64,000 nt of DNA from the human T2T-CHM13v2.0 reference genome, Homo sapiens. Shown here one piece after another: positions 17,994-33,791 of the stretch. Location: the NCBI RefSeq assembly GCF_009914755.1, contig NC_060927.1; one strand, 5' to 3'. The notes beneath the pieces were generated by a model. The model did not search any database. It was not told where the DNA came from and saw only the letters and a program-made list of their open reading frames with translations. The position numbers and the translations under genes are program-made. Positions within the stretch are counted from its first letter, which is position 1; each line of letters begins with the position of its first letter.

Positions 17994-18547
17994 TGTTACA
18001 GTGGGTAGCTAGTCAGGTATGAGCAGAGCCGGAGAGCGCGCCTCACCCCACACACACCAGGAGTGTCCGGTGACCATCAGGTGATGGTCAGGTGTTGTTA
18101 ACTGTCTCTCTAAAGTAATAATTGGTCACAGCTGGTACCAGGGATGGGCGTGCTCCTAACAAACAGAAAACACCTGAAACTGGTGATCAGCTGTTTCCCC
18201 ATAAGATCTCAGGAGTTGGGTGAGTGGGGAGAAGTAATGCAAGACCCAGGAAGTATGTCAATGTATAAAAGTCAAAAGGTCAAGCTGCGTACTTGATCTC
18301 TCAAGTCACTCACTTGGGCCTCCTTGAAGTGTGCTTTACCCCCTTTCGTTCCTGCTCCAACACTTAATGAACTTTCGCTCCTGCTCTAAACCCTGCCTCA
18401 GTCTCTTTCTGCCTTATGCCCCTCAGTTGAATTCTTTCTTCTGAGGAGGTAAGAATTGAGGTCGCTGCAGTCTGGTACCGATACAGATATGCTCCACTGG
18501 TAACATATTTTGGTGCCATGTGACTTGGGTAATTTCCACTGCTACCA
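17994..18547 (+). mobile_element. ERV1 LTR of the MER83/MER84/MER50 group
   Basis: Starts TGTTACAGTGGGTAGCTAGTCAGG, TATAAAA box, ends in CA; tRNA-His PBS-like TGGTGCCATGTGACTTGG near 18510. Confidence 0.7.
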
Positions 18548-19169
18548 TTCAGATAAACAATGAATAATTTATTAGTGTAAGTATGTCCCATGCAATATTT
18601 GGGACATATTTACTTACATTAAAAAATTATTTGTTGTTTGTCTGAAATTCAAATTTACCTGGGAATCCTGTATTTTATCCGGCAACCACATTCCCAGGGT
18701 TTTTATAGTTGAACAGCTCTATCCTCCATAGCTTCAGCTCTGGATCTCAGGTCTCAGCACCACCCCCATACATTTCATCTCTCCATCCTACTTAACAGCA
18801 CTAATTTGGTGTCCTAAGGCCCAAATGTACTTTTCTCATCTTCCTGTCATCTCTCCCAAGACGCCACTGCAAAAACTGATACCATTTTCCAAAGCTCCAG
18901 TTTTCTCATTATATTGTCAATACTCTCCTCTTTCTAATTATCCCCCATCGGAGTGACTCACAACTTTCATACGATAAAGTTCAAACACTCTTGTATGCTA
19001 CAAAAGCACCCAGAAGTAAATATTCACTATTATAATTTTGCATAAAGAGAATTCAGGATTAGAAAGGGATAATTGTATTCAACTACTCCAGGTAAGACAA
19101 GAGAGAAAAGATGACGCTACAGCAAAAAGTAATTATTAATGTGTGAATTAAGATAATTTAAATGCATAC

Positions 19170-19342
19170 CAATGTTCTGTAACACCTGTCAGTTAGAGGC
19201 GTAATGACAAGTCGAGGTGAGTTACCAAGATATTCATAAGCATATTTTACATTGCAATTAATGATACGAACTCGGGCATTCTCATTTTCCCAATAATATC
19301 GGAGCTGAGCAAGCCACAGGAAATCTGTATCATGTGAGACAC
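19170..19342 (-). CDS. DNAH12: Exon N ([18 protein letters not shown]...CYRTL)
   Basis: ttttctag acceptor, TTG|gtatgc donor, 173 nt; [20 protein letters not shown]. Confidence 0.95.
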
Positions 19343-19573
19343 CTAGAAAAAATAAAGTAAAATAAGACACATGATCCTTAAATGGAAATAATTTTAAAAA
19401 GAAGTATTTTATCTTTTATAACAGCAAATACTAAAAATAATTCATGTTTGCCAACTTATAAAAAAGATTGTGTTAAAAAAATTCTGTTGAGAGAAGAATA
19501 CATATAGTACAAGTCTTTGTTTCCAGATGCTATCAACATTTTATCTTTAAAAATTAAAGAAAAAGTCACATAC

Positions 19574-19730
19574 CCATTTTAATCATGTCCATGACCACAT
19601 CTCTAGCATGGACATCAATAGTAACCAAAGCCCCCAGAGTGGTCCTGGTCTGCTTAGACAACTTTCCTCTTACCAGCTCTACAATCTCATTCAGTTGGTT
19701 CTGAAGTTCCTTATAATACTTCTTTAATCC
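19574..19730 (-). CDS. DNAH12: Exon M ([10 protein letters not shown]...DMIKM)
   Basis: ttttgtag acceptor, G|gtatgt donor, 157 nt; IDVHARDVV motif. Confidence 0.94.
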
Positions 19731-19857
19731 CTACAAAATAAAAAAAAAAGCAATCTAATTGATGTCACATCATACTTAAAACATGTATTTTATATATTTA
19801 GTCTTTTATAAAACAATTCTGACTTCTTAATCTATCTCAATATAGAAATGAGTTCAA

Positions 19858-20460
19858 GCGTGGTGGCTCATGCCTAAAATCCCAGCATCTAGGAGGTTAA
19901 GATGGGAGGATCTTCTTTTTTTTTTTTGAGACTGAGTCTCTGTCGCCCAGGCTGCGGTGGTGGGATCTCGGCTCACTACAACCTCCGCCTCCTGGGTTCA
20001 AGTGATTCTCCTGCCTTGGCCTCCTGAGTAGCTGGGACTACAGGCATGTGCCAGTAGGTCTGGCTAATTTTTTGTGTTTTTAGTAGAGATGAGGTTTTAC
20101 CATGTTGGCCAGGCTGGTCTCGAACCCCGACCTCAAGTGATCCACCCACCTCGGTCTCCCAAAGTGCTAGGATTACAGGTGTGAGCCACGGCACCAGGCG
20201 CAAGGTGGGAAGATCATTTGAGGACATGATTTCAAGACCAGCCTGGCAAAGCAGAGAGACCCCTGTCTCTATAAAAAAATTTTTAAATTAGCCAGATGTG
20301 GTGGTGTGTGCCTGTGGTCCTAGCAATTCAGAGGCTGAGGCAACAGGATAGCTTGAGCCCAGGAGTTTGAGGTTATACTGAGCTATGACTACGCCATTGC
20401 ACTCCAGCCTGGGTGACAGAGCAAGACCCTGTCTCTAAACACACACACACACATACACAC
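19858..20460. mobile_element. Old plus-strand AluJ interrupted by a minus-strand Alu (about 19915-20200); (CA)n tail
   Basis: Host Alu resumes after a duplicated AAG(A/G)TGGGA(G/A)GATC. Confidence 0.88.
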
Positions 20461-20525
20461 ATGGAGAAATGAATTTTGTGAGTGATTTTGTCTAAGCCCA
20501 GTAAAATATTAAGAACAAGTTCTCA

Positions 20526-21050
<525 letters not shown>

Positions 21051-21102
21051 TTTTAAAAAACCTGGAATGAAGGATGTTACTTAAAAGCAAACAATGCTTT
21101 AC

Positions 21103-21222
21103 CTCCGTCCCGCCACTTATCACTTCCTGTGTCTCAGATGTCCAGAACATTTGAGAAATACAAAGTACAACTTGGCCAGGCCACTCTCGAACCCAGTCTC
21201 TTCTTGCAGATTCTGGATAAGC
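21103..21222 (-). CDS. DNAH12: Exon L (AYPESARRDW...SGGTE)
   Basis: ttgttcag acceptor, GAG|gtaaag donor, 120 nt; WPGQVVL motif. Confidence 0.93.
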
Positions 21223-21611
21223 CTGAACAATTAAAATAAATTTCTAACTTTAAAAGCTTGAATGAGAAAAAATAGCTAAATGTCTAACAATAGAGAAATG
21301 TAATATTTGGCACATACATAGGCTAGAATGTCATATAGTCATAAAAAATGTTAAATGACTAAAAGACTCCCTCCAAATTTTATAAATTATTATTATGTTT
21401 TTGAAATATTTATTTATAAAAGAATGGAAAGATAAACACCAACATGTTAATAATGGGTAGATTTAACTGTTGATTCTTCTGGAAGTTGATTTCTGTGTGA
21501 TTTTTATGTTCCTTTGCTGTGGAGAGTTGTCAAGTTTTCTATATAGAATACCTATTACTTCTATCATAATAAAATATAAAAATTTTAGTAAACTTAGAAA
21601 AAACTAGTCAA

Positions 21612-21960
<349 letters not shown>

Positions 21961-22959
21961 TTAATTGAAAAGGAGATTATACAATATAGTTAAAAACTGC
22001 ACTAATAGCGCCCTTGTATTATTTATCCATAGCTTTTCTGAAAACCTATATGACCAGGGTATACAATTTTACAATTATATATTTGTTCAATTATGCATAA
22101 TTGAACCATCTATAGTTTTGAATTCAAGGTATACTTTCATTTTTTCTAACACTTTGATATTCAAAATGCATTTAAATGGATTTATGGAGGGAGAGGTTTA
22201 ATCTTTTTAAAAATAGCTTTTTCAACAGTAAGTGATTTTAGCAGATCCAAACTATAAATTGAAAACAACTACAGAATGAATTTTGAAGCTGATGCTAATG
22301 CAAATTATATTTTCAATAAAATAACATCATCTTAGATATAAGAAAGTTAAAATAGGATATCAGTATTATTATAAAATGCTTCTTAGCCATATTTAGAAAC
22401 AAATGCAAACGATAAGCTAACCTAAGCTTCAAAGAAGGATGAATGGTGACTGAGAGCTATTGCTAGGTACATAGAAGGTCAATTTCTATACTGATTAAAG
22501 AAATACTTTCATGGACAATGGTGGCTCTTTCCTATGTGTTTTAGTTTGCTTTGAATCATAAATAGTAAAAGGAGAGAAAAAGTCAAGATTTATTTGTAGG
22601 AACACTGAAGCTGAACAGAATAGCCACCACAAGAAGATGAGCTCCATAGGGCTCTCGGTCAAAGAAAAAGAACACTCACTCACATATAGTGAGTTGCTGA
22701 ATATAAAGCTTCGATGCCTTTTAAAACTATTCTACTACTTTACAACTGCTCATTTGTGGTCCTAAAGGCAGAAATATACGTGTTTATCATTCAAGATTAG
22801 GTTAATTGGATTAACATAAGTGAGATACATGTAGTGCCAAGTGTTATCCTTCTTTCAAATTTATGACATATCCCCCTTTAATGTTTGTTCATCTCATTTG
22901 AGTTTTTAAGTAGTTGTTTAAGTGTAAAAAGCAGTAAGTGAACTAGGTCATGCATTTAC

Positions 22960-23870
22960 CACTCGTGTCTGAAGAGAACTGTCCTACAGATCCACATGTG
23001 CTAATGTGCAGGATTGTTTGCCTATGAAACATATCCACTAGCCTAGCTCATAGCATTTCAATTTTAATATATCTAAAATTGAGCTCTTGATATTCCCCTA
23101 AGCCTCCACAAATCTGCTTCTCCTCCAGGAATCACCCAGAGTAAATGCCACCCATATGCTCAAATTAGAAGCCTAAAAGTGATTTTTGAGAACTCCCCCT
23201 CCTTACCCTTGTACTCTACAACAAATTCATCATCAAGACCTGTTGAAATTAACTACAAAATTTATTTCTGATATTCTACTTTTCTCCCTATCTTCTGCCA
23301 TTTGCCTAGTGACAGACCACATCTTTTTTCCTTTATTTTTGGTTTTTATTTTTATTTTTTGAAACTGAATCTCTGGCAAACCAGCCCAAATCATCTTTCA
23401 TCTGAACTAATCTGAGTCTCCTAATTTGTCTTCCTGTTTTCACACCTCCACTAATCTATTATTTATACCATAGCCATAGTGGTATAAAAATATAAATCAG
23501 ACTATGTCCCTTCCCTGATTAAAATATTTAGATGGTGTTCCATTGCATTTAAAATAAAATGCAAACTCCTAACTGCCTTCCTTTCCAACCTCATGTCACT
23601 TTACTCTCCACTTTGCTTACTCTACTCCAGACATATTTGTCTTCTTTCAGGATCTCCCAAATCCCCAGTTCTCTCTGATTCCAGGGGCTTTACGTAGGAT
23701 ACCTAGATGCTCTCTCACTTGCTCTTTACCTGGCTTATTCCTACCTGTCCTTTGTGTCTCAGTTTCAACATCACCTTCTCCAATAGCCTATCACTGGACC
23801 TTCCCCCATTCTAAATTATATACCTCTTATTTTTCTCTCTCATAATACCTTTTCTCTTTTATAACAATCA
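22960..23870 (+). mobile_element. Degraded L2 3' region
   Basis: Pyrimidine-rich L2-like motifs (AAAATGCAAACTCCT, CATCACCTTCTC). Confidence 0.55.
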
Positions 23871-24048
23871 TATACTATTATCAATTCATAGCAATATTGT
23901 TATATTAATAATGTTAGAAACAAAGAAGTAAAGAAAATAAATGATTTAAAATAGTAAGAACTTTAAGTGTTAATTTACTGGTTTCCAAAACCTCTTAAAC
24001 AAAGCATTTGCAGAATATAGGGTATATATCAAATCCTAGGAAACACAC

Positions 24049-24331
24049 CAGCCTGGCTGCAGCGATCACATCGTGAACACTCCGGAGCATTAGGTCTTCC
24101 ACTTGAATGAGCCACTTTTCCACAGCACCCCGCGCTGCAGACGTGGAAATGAGTGCAATCAGCTCCACTCGCTCGCCCTCAGAGCTATACATGGCTTTAA
24201 TGTCCAAATTGGGAAGGAACTCTAATTTAGCAATGCCCTCAAAGCATTTTTTTAAATGTGGCTGAACTCTAAGTGGATCTTTGGTCTCTGATAAAATCTC
24301 TAACATTTCATCATTAGATAAGAAGAAAAAA
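24049..24331 (-). CDS. DNAH12: Exon K ([15 protein letters not shown]...AAARL), linker
   Basis: tttccctag acceptor after a 95-nt intron, CTG|gtgtgt donor, 283 nt; [16 protein letters not shown] motif. Confidence 0.94.
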
Positions 24332-24426
24332 CTAGGGAAAAACATGCAAATACAAAAGTTTTAGTTATAATTCATCACACATAAGAAAATGTTTTTAATT
24401 ACAGCACAATTGATTATTTATCATAC

Positions 24427-24548
24427 CGAGGGAAGAAAAGACGTTTCTTTTCAAGATATGCGTTAAGACCTTTCATAATTTTCTCCAAAAGTTCATTGCA
24501 GTTCTGTAGTTTTTCCAATAAACCTGTTAAAGAAGTGGCAGCAAGAAC
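24427..24548 (-). CDS. DNAH12: Exon J ([10 protein letters not shown]...KKRLFFP), linker
   Basis: gtttag acceptor, CG|gtatga donor, 122 nt. Confidence 0.93.
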
Positions 24549-24896
24549 CTAAACGAGACACATGCATTCAAGTCAGCACTTTTATGCCAGATATAATTAT
24601 GACTTAAATATCAATCTATACTATATGTTAAAATCTTTTAATGTTAAAAGGTTTATGAAAAAATGTCAAAGGTTTATAAAATTTGCAATGAAATTTTTTG
24701 TAGTGTAAAAACTATTAAAATTCAATAAGTTACAAATACTTATCCAAGGACACTAGTTAAAATGACAAGTTATGATTGTCGTGCATATTGTCATTTCTCC
24801 TATATTATTTCGAATGATGTGAGAAAAGTCTGTTTGGCTGGTGCTCGATTTAATTCTTACTTTTACTACTGTCAACCATAAATGTAACAATTTACA

Positions 24897-25218
24897 GCAA
24901 GGAGTTGGCAAACTACATCCTGCAGACCAAATCCAGTCTGTTGTCAGTTTTTGTATAAGTTGTAAGCTAAAAATTATTTTCACACTTTTAGAAGTTAAAA
25001 AAATCAAAAGAAGAATATTTTGTGACATATGAAAATATCAGTGTCCATAAAATTTTATTGTAGCACAGACACACTCATTCATTTACAGATTATCTCTGGC
25101 TGCTTTCTCACTGCAACGACAACAGAATTGAGTAGCTGCAAGAAAGATCTGTCCTGCAAAGCCTAAAATATTTACTATTTGGACCTTAGCAGAAAAAAAT
25201 TGCTGACCTCTGATCTAC
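24897..25218. mobile_element. MER58-type hAT-Charlie element
   Basis: Ends ..GGAGTTGGCAAACT and ..TTGCTGACCTCTG; about 320 bp. Confidence 0.7.
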
Positions 25219-25919
25219 AAGAAATCATGTTTCACAAAGATTCTGAAGTCAACAGGTAAAGCAAAATCCTTAAAACTCATAAATTTCAGTGTACTACTGA
25301 CTCTCAGTAAGTCCAGCACAGCTAGTTTTTCATTCAGCATGGGAATAAATTGTTATTTCTTAAATTGAATACCAGATGAAAAAGTGGATGCATATCTATG
25401 GACTATGTTCACTGTGTGTATGAAAAATATATAGTCTGTCTTTCAACATTTACTGGGAGAGACATAGGAACTGAGTGAGACCAATGGAGAGAACAGCAGA
25501 TTCTTCCCCATCACTCCGAGTACACAGAGTCACTAGTAGAATGTCAGGTGAGTCACCTACACTATTCATTCTCTCTCCCTCTCTCTTGTTCTCACTCTCT
25601 CCTCTCTCCATTTGATTTGATTTATCTATTTATTTTATGAGGAGGAGAGCAGTGAGTGTTTATAGTAGAAGGCATGTGAATCAGATGTACATTTGAAGCA
25701 GCTCCACCAGGTATACTAAAGAGTTACAAGCAATGTATCTTATGAATTGAAAAGTAAACTTATTTTAATACTTTTATGCTTTCTTATATTTTTCTGAACT
25801 TTCCAGTTTGTATACAATGAGCAAGTTTAATTTTTATAATCAGAAAAAAAGTCACATGTTTTACTTAATTTCCAAAAACAAAGGTTCACCTACTGTGAGA
25901 GAGAAAACAAACACTTCAC

Positions 25920-26114
25920 CTTTGGATCTTTAGCACAAAACTTCATGATATCTCTCCAGTGTCTGTCTACTGTCTGAAATTGACGCCCTTCTTCTGGCAT
26001 CTGTTGCATGATATCCTCAGAACAAAAGATGGGCTCTAAGTACAGCCATTGAGCTTGTACTTTTAACCATTCATCAATTGTTTCTTGTATTCGAATCAAG
26101 CGGTCCTCCCAGGC
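25920..26114 (-). CDS. DNAH12: Exon I ([10 protein letters not shown]...CAKDPK), linker
   Basis: ttttcattaag acceptor, AAG|gtgaag donor, 195 nt; WLYLEPIF motif. Confidence 0.93.
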
Positions 26115-26410
26115 CTTAATGAAAAGTATACTGCACTAAATTCTAGTTATTAAAGAAAGGCTATAAATTATAGCAAGGAAAATACATTTTAAATTTACTA
26201 TTATTTTTAAATAAGTGCAAACATCTCACAGCTTAAGGTTACTTATGTATGTCTCACAAAGGCTTAGAAAAATTCTAAGAGGTCTGAAGTTTTCCTAAAT
26301 CACTGGAACTCACAATTGGAAATGACTGTAACATTATTTTGACCAGTTTCCTAATTTCTCGGTGAGCCATCTGGAGTCCCAAAACCATCCAAGAATATAT
26401 CCTTCTCTAC

Positions 26411-26640
26411 CAGCAGTGGTTATCAACCACAGGCAATTTTGCCTCCCACCCCAGGGAACATTTGACAATGTCTGTAGACATTTTTGGTTGTCACAACTGA
26501 TGGGGGAAGATGCTACTAATGTCTAGTGGGTAGAGGCCAGAGATGCAGTTAAACAACCTATAATGTAGAAGACAGCCCCCATCACAGAGAATTATAGAGC
26601 CCAAAATATCAACAGTGACAGGTTGAGAAATCCTGCTCTA
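26411..26640. mobile_element. MER20 (hAT-Charlie)
   Basis: CAGTGGTTATCAACC ... GGTTGAGAAATCCTG terminal inverted repeats; GACATTTTTGGTTGTCACAACT core. Confidence 0.85.
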
Positions 26641-27069
26641 CTCTACATCAACACAATTTGGAGAAAAATGAACTGAAATGAAAAATAAAATGAAATAAGC
26701 CTCCTTATTCTCAAGATCCCCTAGAAATGACAAGATATTTCATTAGCTGAAGACCATTAATATAATATCTCTCTTTGGTTCTTAAATATGTGCCTAAGGT
26801 CTATGTGTCAAGAGATTGTCTCATATCTTCGATTTTTAAAAAATCTCTACGACAGCTTTTAAATTTGTCTTCTAAATTCCCCTTGTTAGACAAGTAAATT
26901 TCTACAAAAAAGTAATATCTTATCAGGAAAGGCTAGGTTAGCCTGCTTCTTGGGATAATGTCCAGCCTTATGTCCTCTTGGAAGAACATTACTCTGTTTT
27001 CTCCGAATAATGACAGCCAAAATCTTCTATAAAACAATAAATAAATCTTCTATTTATGCTCATATTAAA

Positions 27070-27260
27070 ACCAAACTGCCTTGGTTTGAACCCCAGCTCT
27101 GTCACTTATTAGCTAGATGAACTTAGAAAAATTGCCTATCCTCCTATATGTTGGTTTCCTTGTCCATGAATACAGATAATAACAGTGCCTACTTTGAAGG
27201 TCTGCTGCAGGGATCAAGTGGGTTAATAAGTGCAAAGTTCCAGAGCAGCATCTGAAACAT
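27070..27260 (+). mobile_element. MIR
   Basis: GTTTGAACCCCAGCTCTGTCACTTATTAGCT core. Confidence 0.7.
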
Positions 27261-27816
27261 AGTTTCAAATCAATTGATATCAGGGTAAAAAATCCAGTTG
27301 TCTTTCCCCAATTTATATAGTCCCCAGTTAGGATAGTTTTCATATCCAATAAGATATGAAATAATCTTGGAGCCTCAAATACCATTTGTTTTTCTCAAGT
27401 GAACAATAATTCATTAATTACTCTAAAAGATCCTTATGCTAGCTGTTTACAACTATAATTAAAGTATGGTTACTACAAGTTACAAGAATGCAACAAAAAA
27501 CAGGGTCTAGGTTTTCTAAAGTTAGAATAAGTAATACCACCTGTTTTCCTCTCAAGTCTATCACTGCCATTGGAGAAGATTTTAATAAGACATTTTTCTT
27601 TTAAAAATCATTTATGTCTCAGATGTATATATTTCTATATTAAATTTTGAATATCATTTTGTATTTTATGAAATAAAATATCAAAGTTATAGGTCTATGA
27701 TTTGAATAAACACTTAAAAAACCATCCAATAAGCTACTTATTACCATGAGAGCGTATATGTAATAGGATTGCCATCCGTATAAATGACCAAGAGCTGATT
27801 ATCACATTTAACATAC

Positions 27817-28017
27817 CTTGATCTCATGTTCAAATGGTTTGATGAAAGGTGAGCCTCTCATTGTCTGAGTTTTTATAATTTGATCATCAAGGATGGCCTG
27901 AATCTCATCCACCGAAGAAAGAATACAGACTCCAGTGTCACGATACAGACTTATATGAAAAGCAATATCTTCCCAAGTTCCTATCATTGTATTCATGGCT
28001 TTCTCTAATGAAAATTC
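27817..28017 (-). CDS. DNAH12: Exon H (EFSLEKAMNT...PFEHEIK), linker
   Basis: gttttag acceptor, AAG|gtatgt donor, 201 nt; LDDQIIKTQTMRGSPF motif. Confidence 0.94.
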
Positions 28018-28459
28018 CTAAAACGGAGGAATGAAGAAAGAACGGGATGGTGAAGAAAGGATCTTATTTACTATATTGACTTTCCCTAGTGAATTCAGTA
28101 AGAATTTGATGTATTACATTATCATTTCCTTAAGATAATCTGTGAGTACAGTATAACTTTTTAAGTTAGAAGGTTTTTCAACAATTTAAAAATTCCTAAG
28201 AAGAACGATTATGTAGTTTTAAAGAATTCACTTGCTATGAAAACTACTGCTGTCAATATTAAAAATGGACAAGAGAATAAAATACCTGTAGGACTTTCTC
28301 TGAAGTGGCCTTTCTATGGCAGCCCATAGTCTGAAGATGTTTTCTGTGTACTTCAAGAACCCATTCTTTAGGGCCATACTTACCCTGCTAGAACACATAC
28401 ATATCACATGCCACATATACAACAGTACTCTTAATGGAAAAATTATGTACCAACACTAG

Positions 28460-28880
<421 letters not shown>

Positions 28881-29017
28881 GAGAGTGGTCTTCTATCACT
28901 CTCCCCCATCACCTCCCGCGCTATCCAGTACTATACACATTCAACCCCAACAAAAACTATGATTACTTGATTAACGAAGTCATCACATAAAGTATTTCAG
29001 TTGATCTTTATGTTTAC

Positions 29018-29203
29018 CTTGCTTGCACCTGCACTTATCACTTCAAATTGTTCCAAGTATGGGGTAAGGTTTAATTTTAAAACTTTTCTCAGTGTAGTTC
29101 CAGAGTCTGGAGTCAAGTCATAGCCTACAATTTCTGATATCTGTTTCCAGTGACGAGCTCTCATTCCTGGATTGCACAGAATGGAGACAGTAGGAATATA
29201 TTC
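29018..29203 (-). CDS. DNAH12: Exon G (EYIPTVSILCNPGMRARHW...SAGASK)
   Basis: cattag acceptor, AAG|gtaaac donor, 186 nt; NPGMRxRHW motif of dynein N-terminal region 2. Confidence 0.93.
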
Positions 29204-29454
29204 CTAATGGCAAAAATATAAACAATTATGAGTCACTCATTTGACTTCCACACACATAGATTCCATAGATGAAGCCTTGATGATATAAGGGTTACATTTC
29301 TTCAATTTATTTAATATATTTCTATCAGTACAATCAAAACCTCAATTAGATTTGGAAGGAGAGAGATACTAAGAAAATGAACCTAAAGTTCCCTGCAAAA
29401 ATAAGCATATAAAAATAGCCAGGAAAATTATAAGAGTAAACAAGAAGAATGAAG

Positions 29455-30243
<789 letters not shown>

Positions 30244-30269
30244 TGAGTAGCCTCATGAGTAGCTGGGTC

Positions 30270-32700
30270 ACACAAAAGTGAAAAAACTCCAAGCAGATGA
30301 GCAGACAGTAAGAGAATCGGACTTCCACATCTGCATTGCCCCTCCCTCTATTCTGTCTGGTACCAAGAGGGCAGAAAATTTCCCCCCAACTCACTGTTTC
30401 TACCCTGATAAGAGCAAGGTCAAAGTGGACAACCAGCTACCCCACCACCCTGGGTTCCCTAGCAGGAGACCTGCCCTGCCTTAACCCACAGGAAGCAACG
30501 CCAGTGCCTGAAGGGATAAATAATTCCTGTGGACAAGCAGAGACAAAGGGAGGAAGTGGCACTACCATCCCCAGCCCTGGAAATGTTACTCTGTAAGCCA
30601 CAGAAGATGCCAAATCAGAGTGGCTATTCTGCAGCACCACACTGTAGGAGGTTTGTCCCACAGGTCTCCTGGGCACAAACTCCTAGCCAGCTTCCCACAT
30701 TGCCAGAATATACCCTGTGGGACCGTCCGCATTCAGTAAGGGCAGCGCTCCCATCAGGTACTAGACCCAAGCCAAACCTGGGCTTAAGGTGCCACTTGGA
30801 GCTGAAAAGGAAGCAGTGACCTAGCGGTAAAGAAACTCTAAGCAAATATATCCAATATAAACCAAAACAAGCCAGACAAAAAACACTGGAATAAATAATA
30901 CTTCAATGCAAAGACAGATGTACATCCAGCAAAAACAACAGCAAACAGGGAACCATGATCTCCACAAACAGAAGCAGCAAAGAACCAGTAACTGACTCTA
31001 ACCAGACAGGGATATGTGAGCTCTCTGACCAACAATAAACAACTAAATTCCTAACTAGACTGATCAACAAAAAGGAGAGAAAATTAAAATAATCAATATT
31101 TAGAATTAAAAAGGAGTTAGCACTATAGATTCTACAGACATTTAAAAGATAATAAAGAAATGTTATTAGCAACTTTATGGCGACAAAATCAATGACTTAG
31201 AAGAAATGGACAAATTCCTTAAAACTACAATCTACCAAAATTAAACACAAAATCTGAATAGCTCCTATATCTATTAAAGAAATTCTCTTTTCCGTCCCCT
31301 AGAGGGGGAATTGGCACAGGACTTGCTTCAGCCAATGTAATATGGGTGGATATGAAGTATGTCACAGCTGAGTGGAAGATCTAAACTCAGGTACATGGTT
31401 TAGCTCAGCCCTTGCTCTTTCTCTCTAACGCGAGATTGGCCCACATTAGCTCAGGACATAGCCTGTGTCCTGGAAGTTAGAAAACTCAGGAGCAGAACAA
31501 GACTGCAACTGGGAGCAGAGACTTAGCTAACCCGTGGTCCTCATGGAATATGAAGAAGAAATAAATAAGTACTTGAAAAATATATATAGAGAGAGAGTCT
31601 GTTTTAAAAACCTTTCCTACAAACAAAACGTCAGGCTAAATGGTTTCATGAGTGAATGTTTCTCTAAAATAAGAAAGAAATAATATCAATTTATAAAAAA
31701 ACTCTTTCAGAAATAGAGAAAATAAAACTTCCCAATTTGTTTTATAAGGCCAACATAACCCTGATACCAAAATCTGACAAAGACATTACAAGAAAACTAA
31801 GACCAAGATCCTTCCTGAACATAACCTCAAATATCCTGAATGAAATATGAACAAATAACAAACTATAAGAGTATTAGAAAAAAATATTTTGACATGGGGA
31901 AGGCATTTTAAACTACAGTTCAGAACCCAAGAGCCATAAAGGAAAAGAATAAAAATAATTACATAAAATTAAAAGGGTTCTGCAAGGCAAAAGCTATCAT
32001 AAGCAAGGTCAAAAAGCAAATAATAAATATTCACATCACAGACAAAGCCTAATCTCCTATATATACAAGAAAAGAAATCAATAAGAAAAAGGTCAATAAT
32101 TCAACAGAAAAATAGGCATAGGTAAGTTAAAACAGTTTACAGGAAAAGAAATATAAAACACTCTTAAATATATGAAATATATGAAAATATGCTTAAAATT
32201 TTACTTGCAGTAAGAGAAATGAAAATTCTCCTAGTAGAGTAGCAAAAACCTAAAGTTTGATGATATTTTGTTATGAAGGTTGATGAGAGTATATATTGGT
32301 ATAACTTCTATGGAGGGTAATTCAACTGTAGATTTTAACCTGGCATTTACTCTTCCACAATTTACCCTGCAGTCACACCTTCAAACACATGCAATTCACA
32401 CACACACACACACACACACACCAGATTAGTCATACATTATATAGGTGTGAAAAAAATGAAGAAGCTCCCTATATACAAGAAGAAAAGGTCTCCAAGATAA
32501 ATTAAGCAAAACAAAGAAAGAAAATAATATACATTGTATGCTACACTTCATGTAAAAAGATAGAAGGATAAGAATATATACTCACATTGTTATATATGTA
32601 ATAAAACTCTGGAACTATACACAAGAAGGTAATAACATTGATCACCTGAGTTATACAGGTGAGAACCATGAGGAGACTTTTCAGATGTCTCTTTTTATAT
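30270..32700 (+). mobile_element. Old L1 fragments (5'UTR-like, then ORF2/3' remnants), probable MLT insert at about 31290-31570
   Basis: GAAATGGACAAATTCCT and ATAACCCTGATACCAAAA L1 ORF2 motifs. Confidence 0.65.
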
Positions 32701-33084
32701 TTTTTAGACCACGCAAATGTATTCAACATTGAAAATAATTTTTAAGTTAAAAAAATCAGACGGCCATGGAATCTCTGAGATGAATAGACATAGACAGGAA
32801 CAATGCTTGAATCCAATCACAGAGTTTGCACTCTGGGCATGCTGACAGTGGAAATTTAAGGATGTATTACTGACTGTCAAAAAAACTGTTCTTATTCTCT
32901 CTTTATAAATGAGAGGACCGAGGCACAAGTGGCTAAATATCTTGCTCAAGGTATGCCACTGCCAAGTGGAGAACTGTGCTATAACTAAACAGTGTGGTTC
33001 CAAATCCTTCCCAGTAAACTGTTACCCTGTGTTGCTGCACTTAGTATAGGCTAAGTGGTCTGACCTAGTAAACTTATGCCCTTA

Positions 33085-33750
<666 letters not shown>

Positions 33751-33791
33751 TGAGTAATTCTTAAGATTCAGAATCCATAGGTCAACAATTT

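Larger units (their letters stand above)
17614..18688. mobile_element. Palindromic MER53 DNA element split into 17614-17675 and 18548-18688
   Basis: Ends AGGGTTGCCAGAT... and ...ATCCGGCAACC; central GTATGTCCCATGCAATATTTGGGACAT. Confidence 0.85.
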
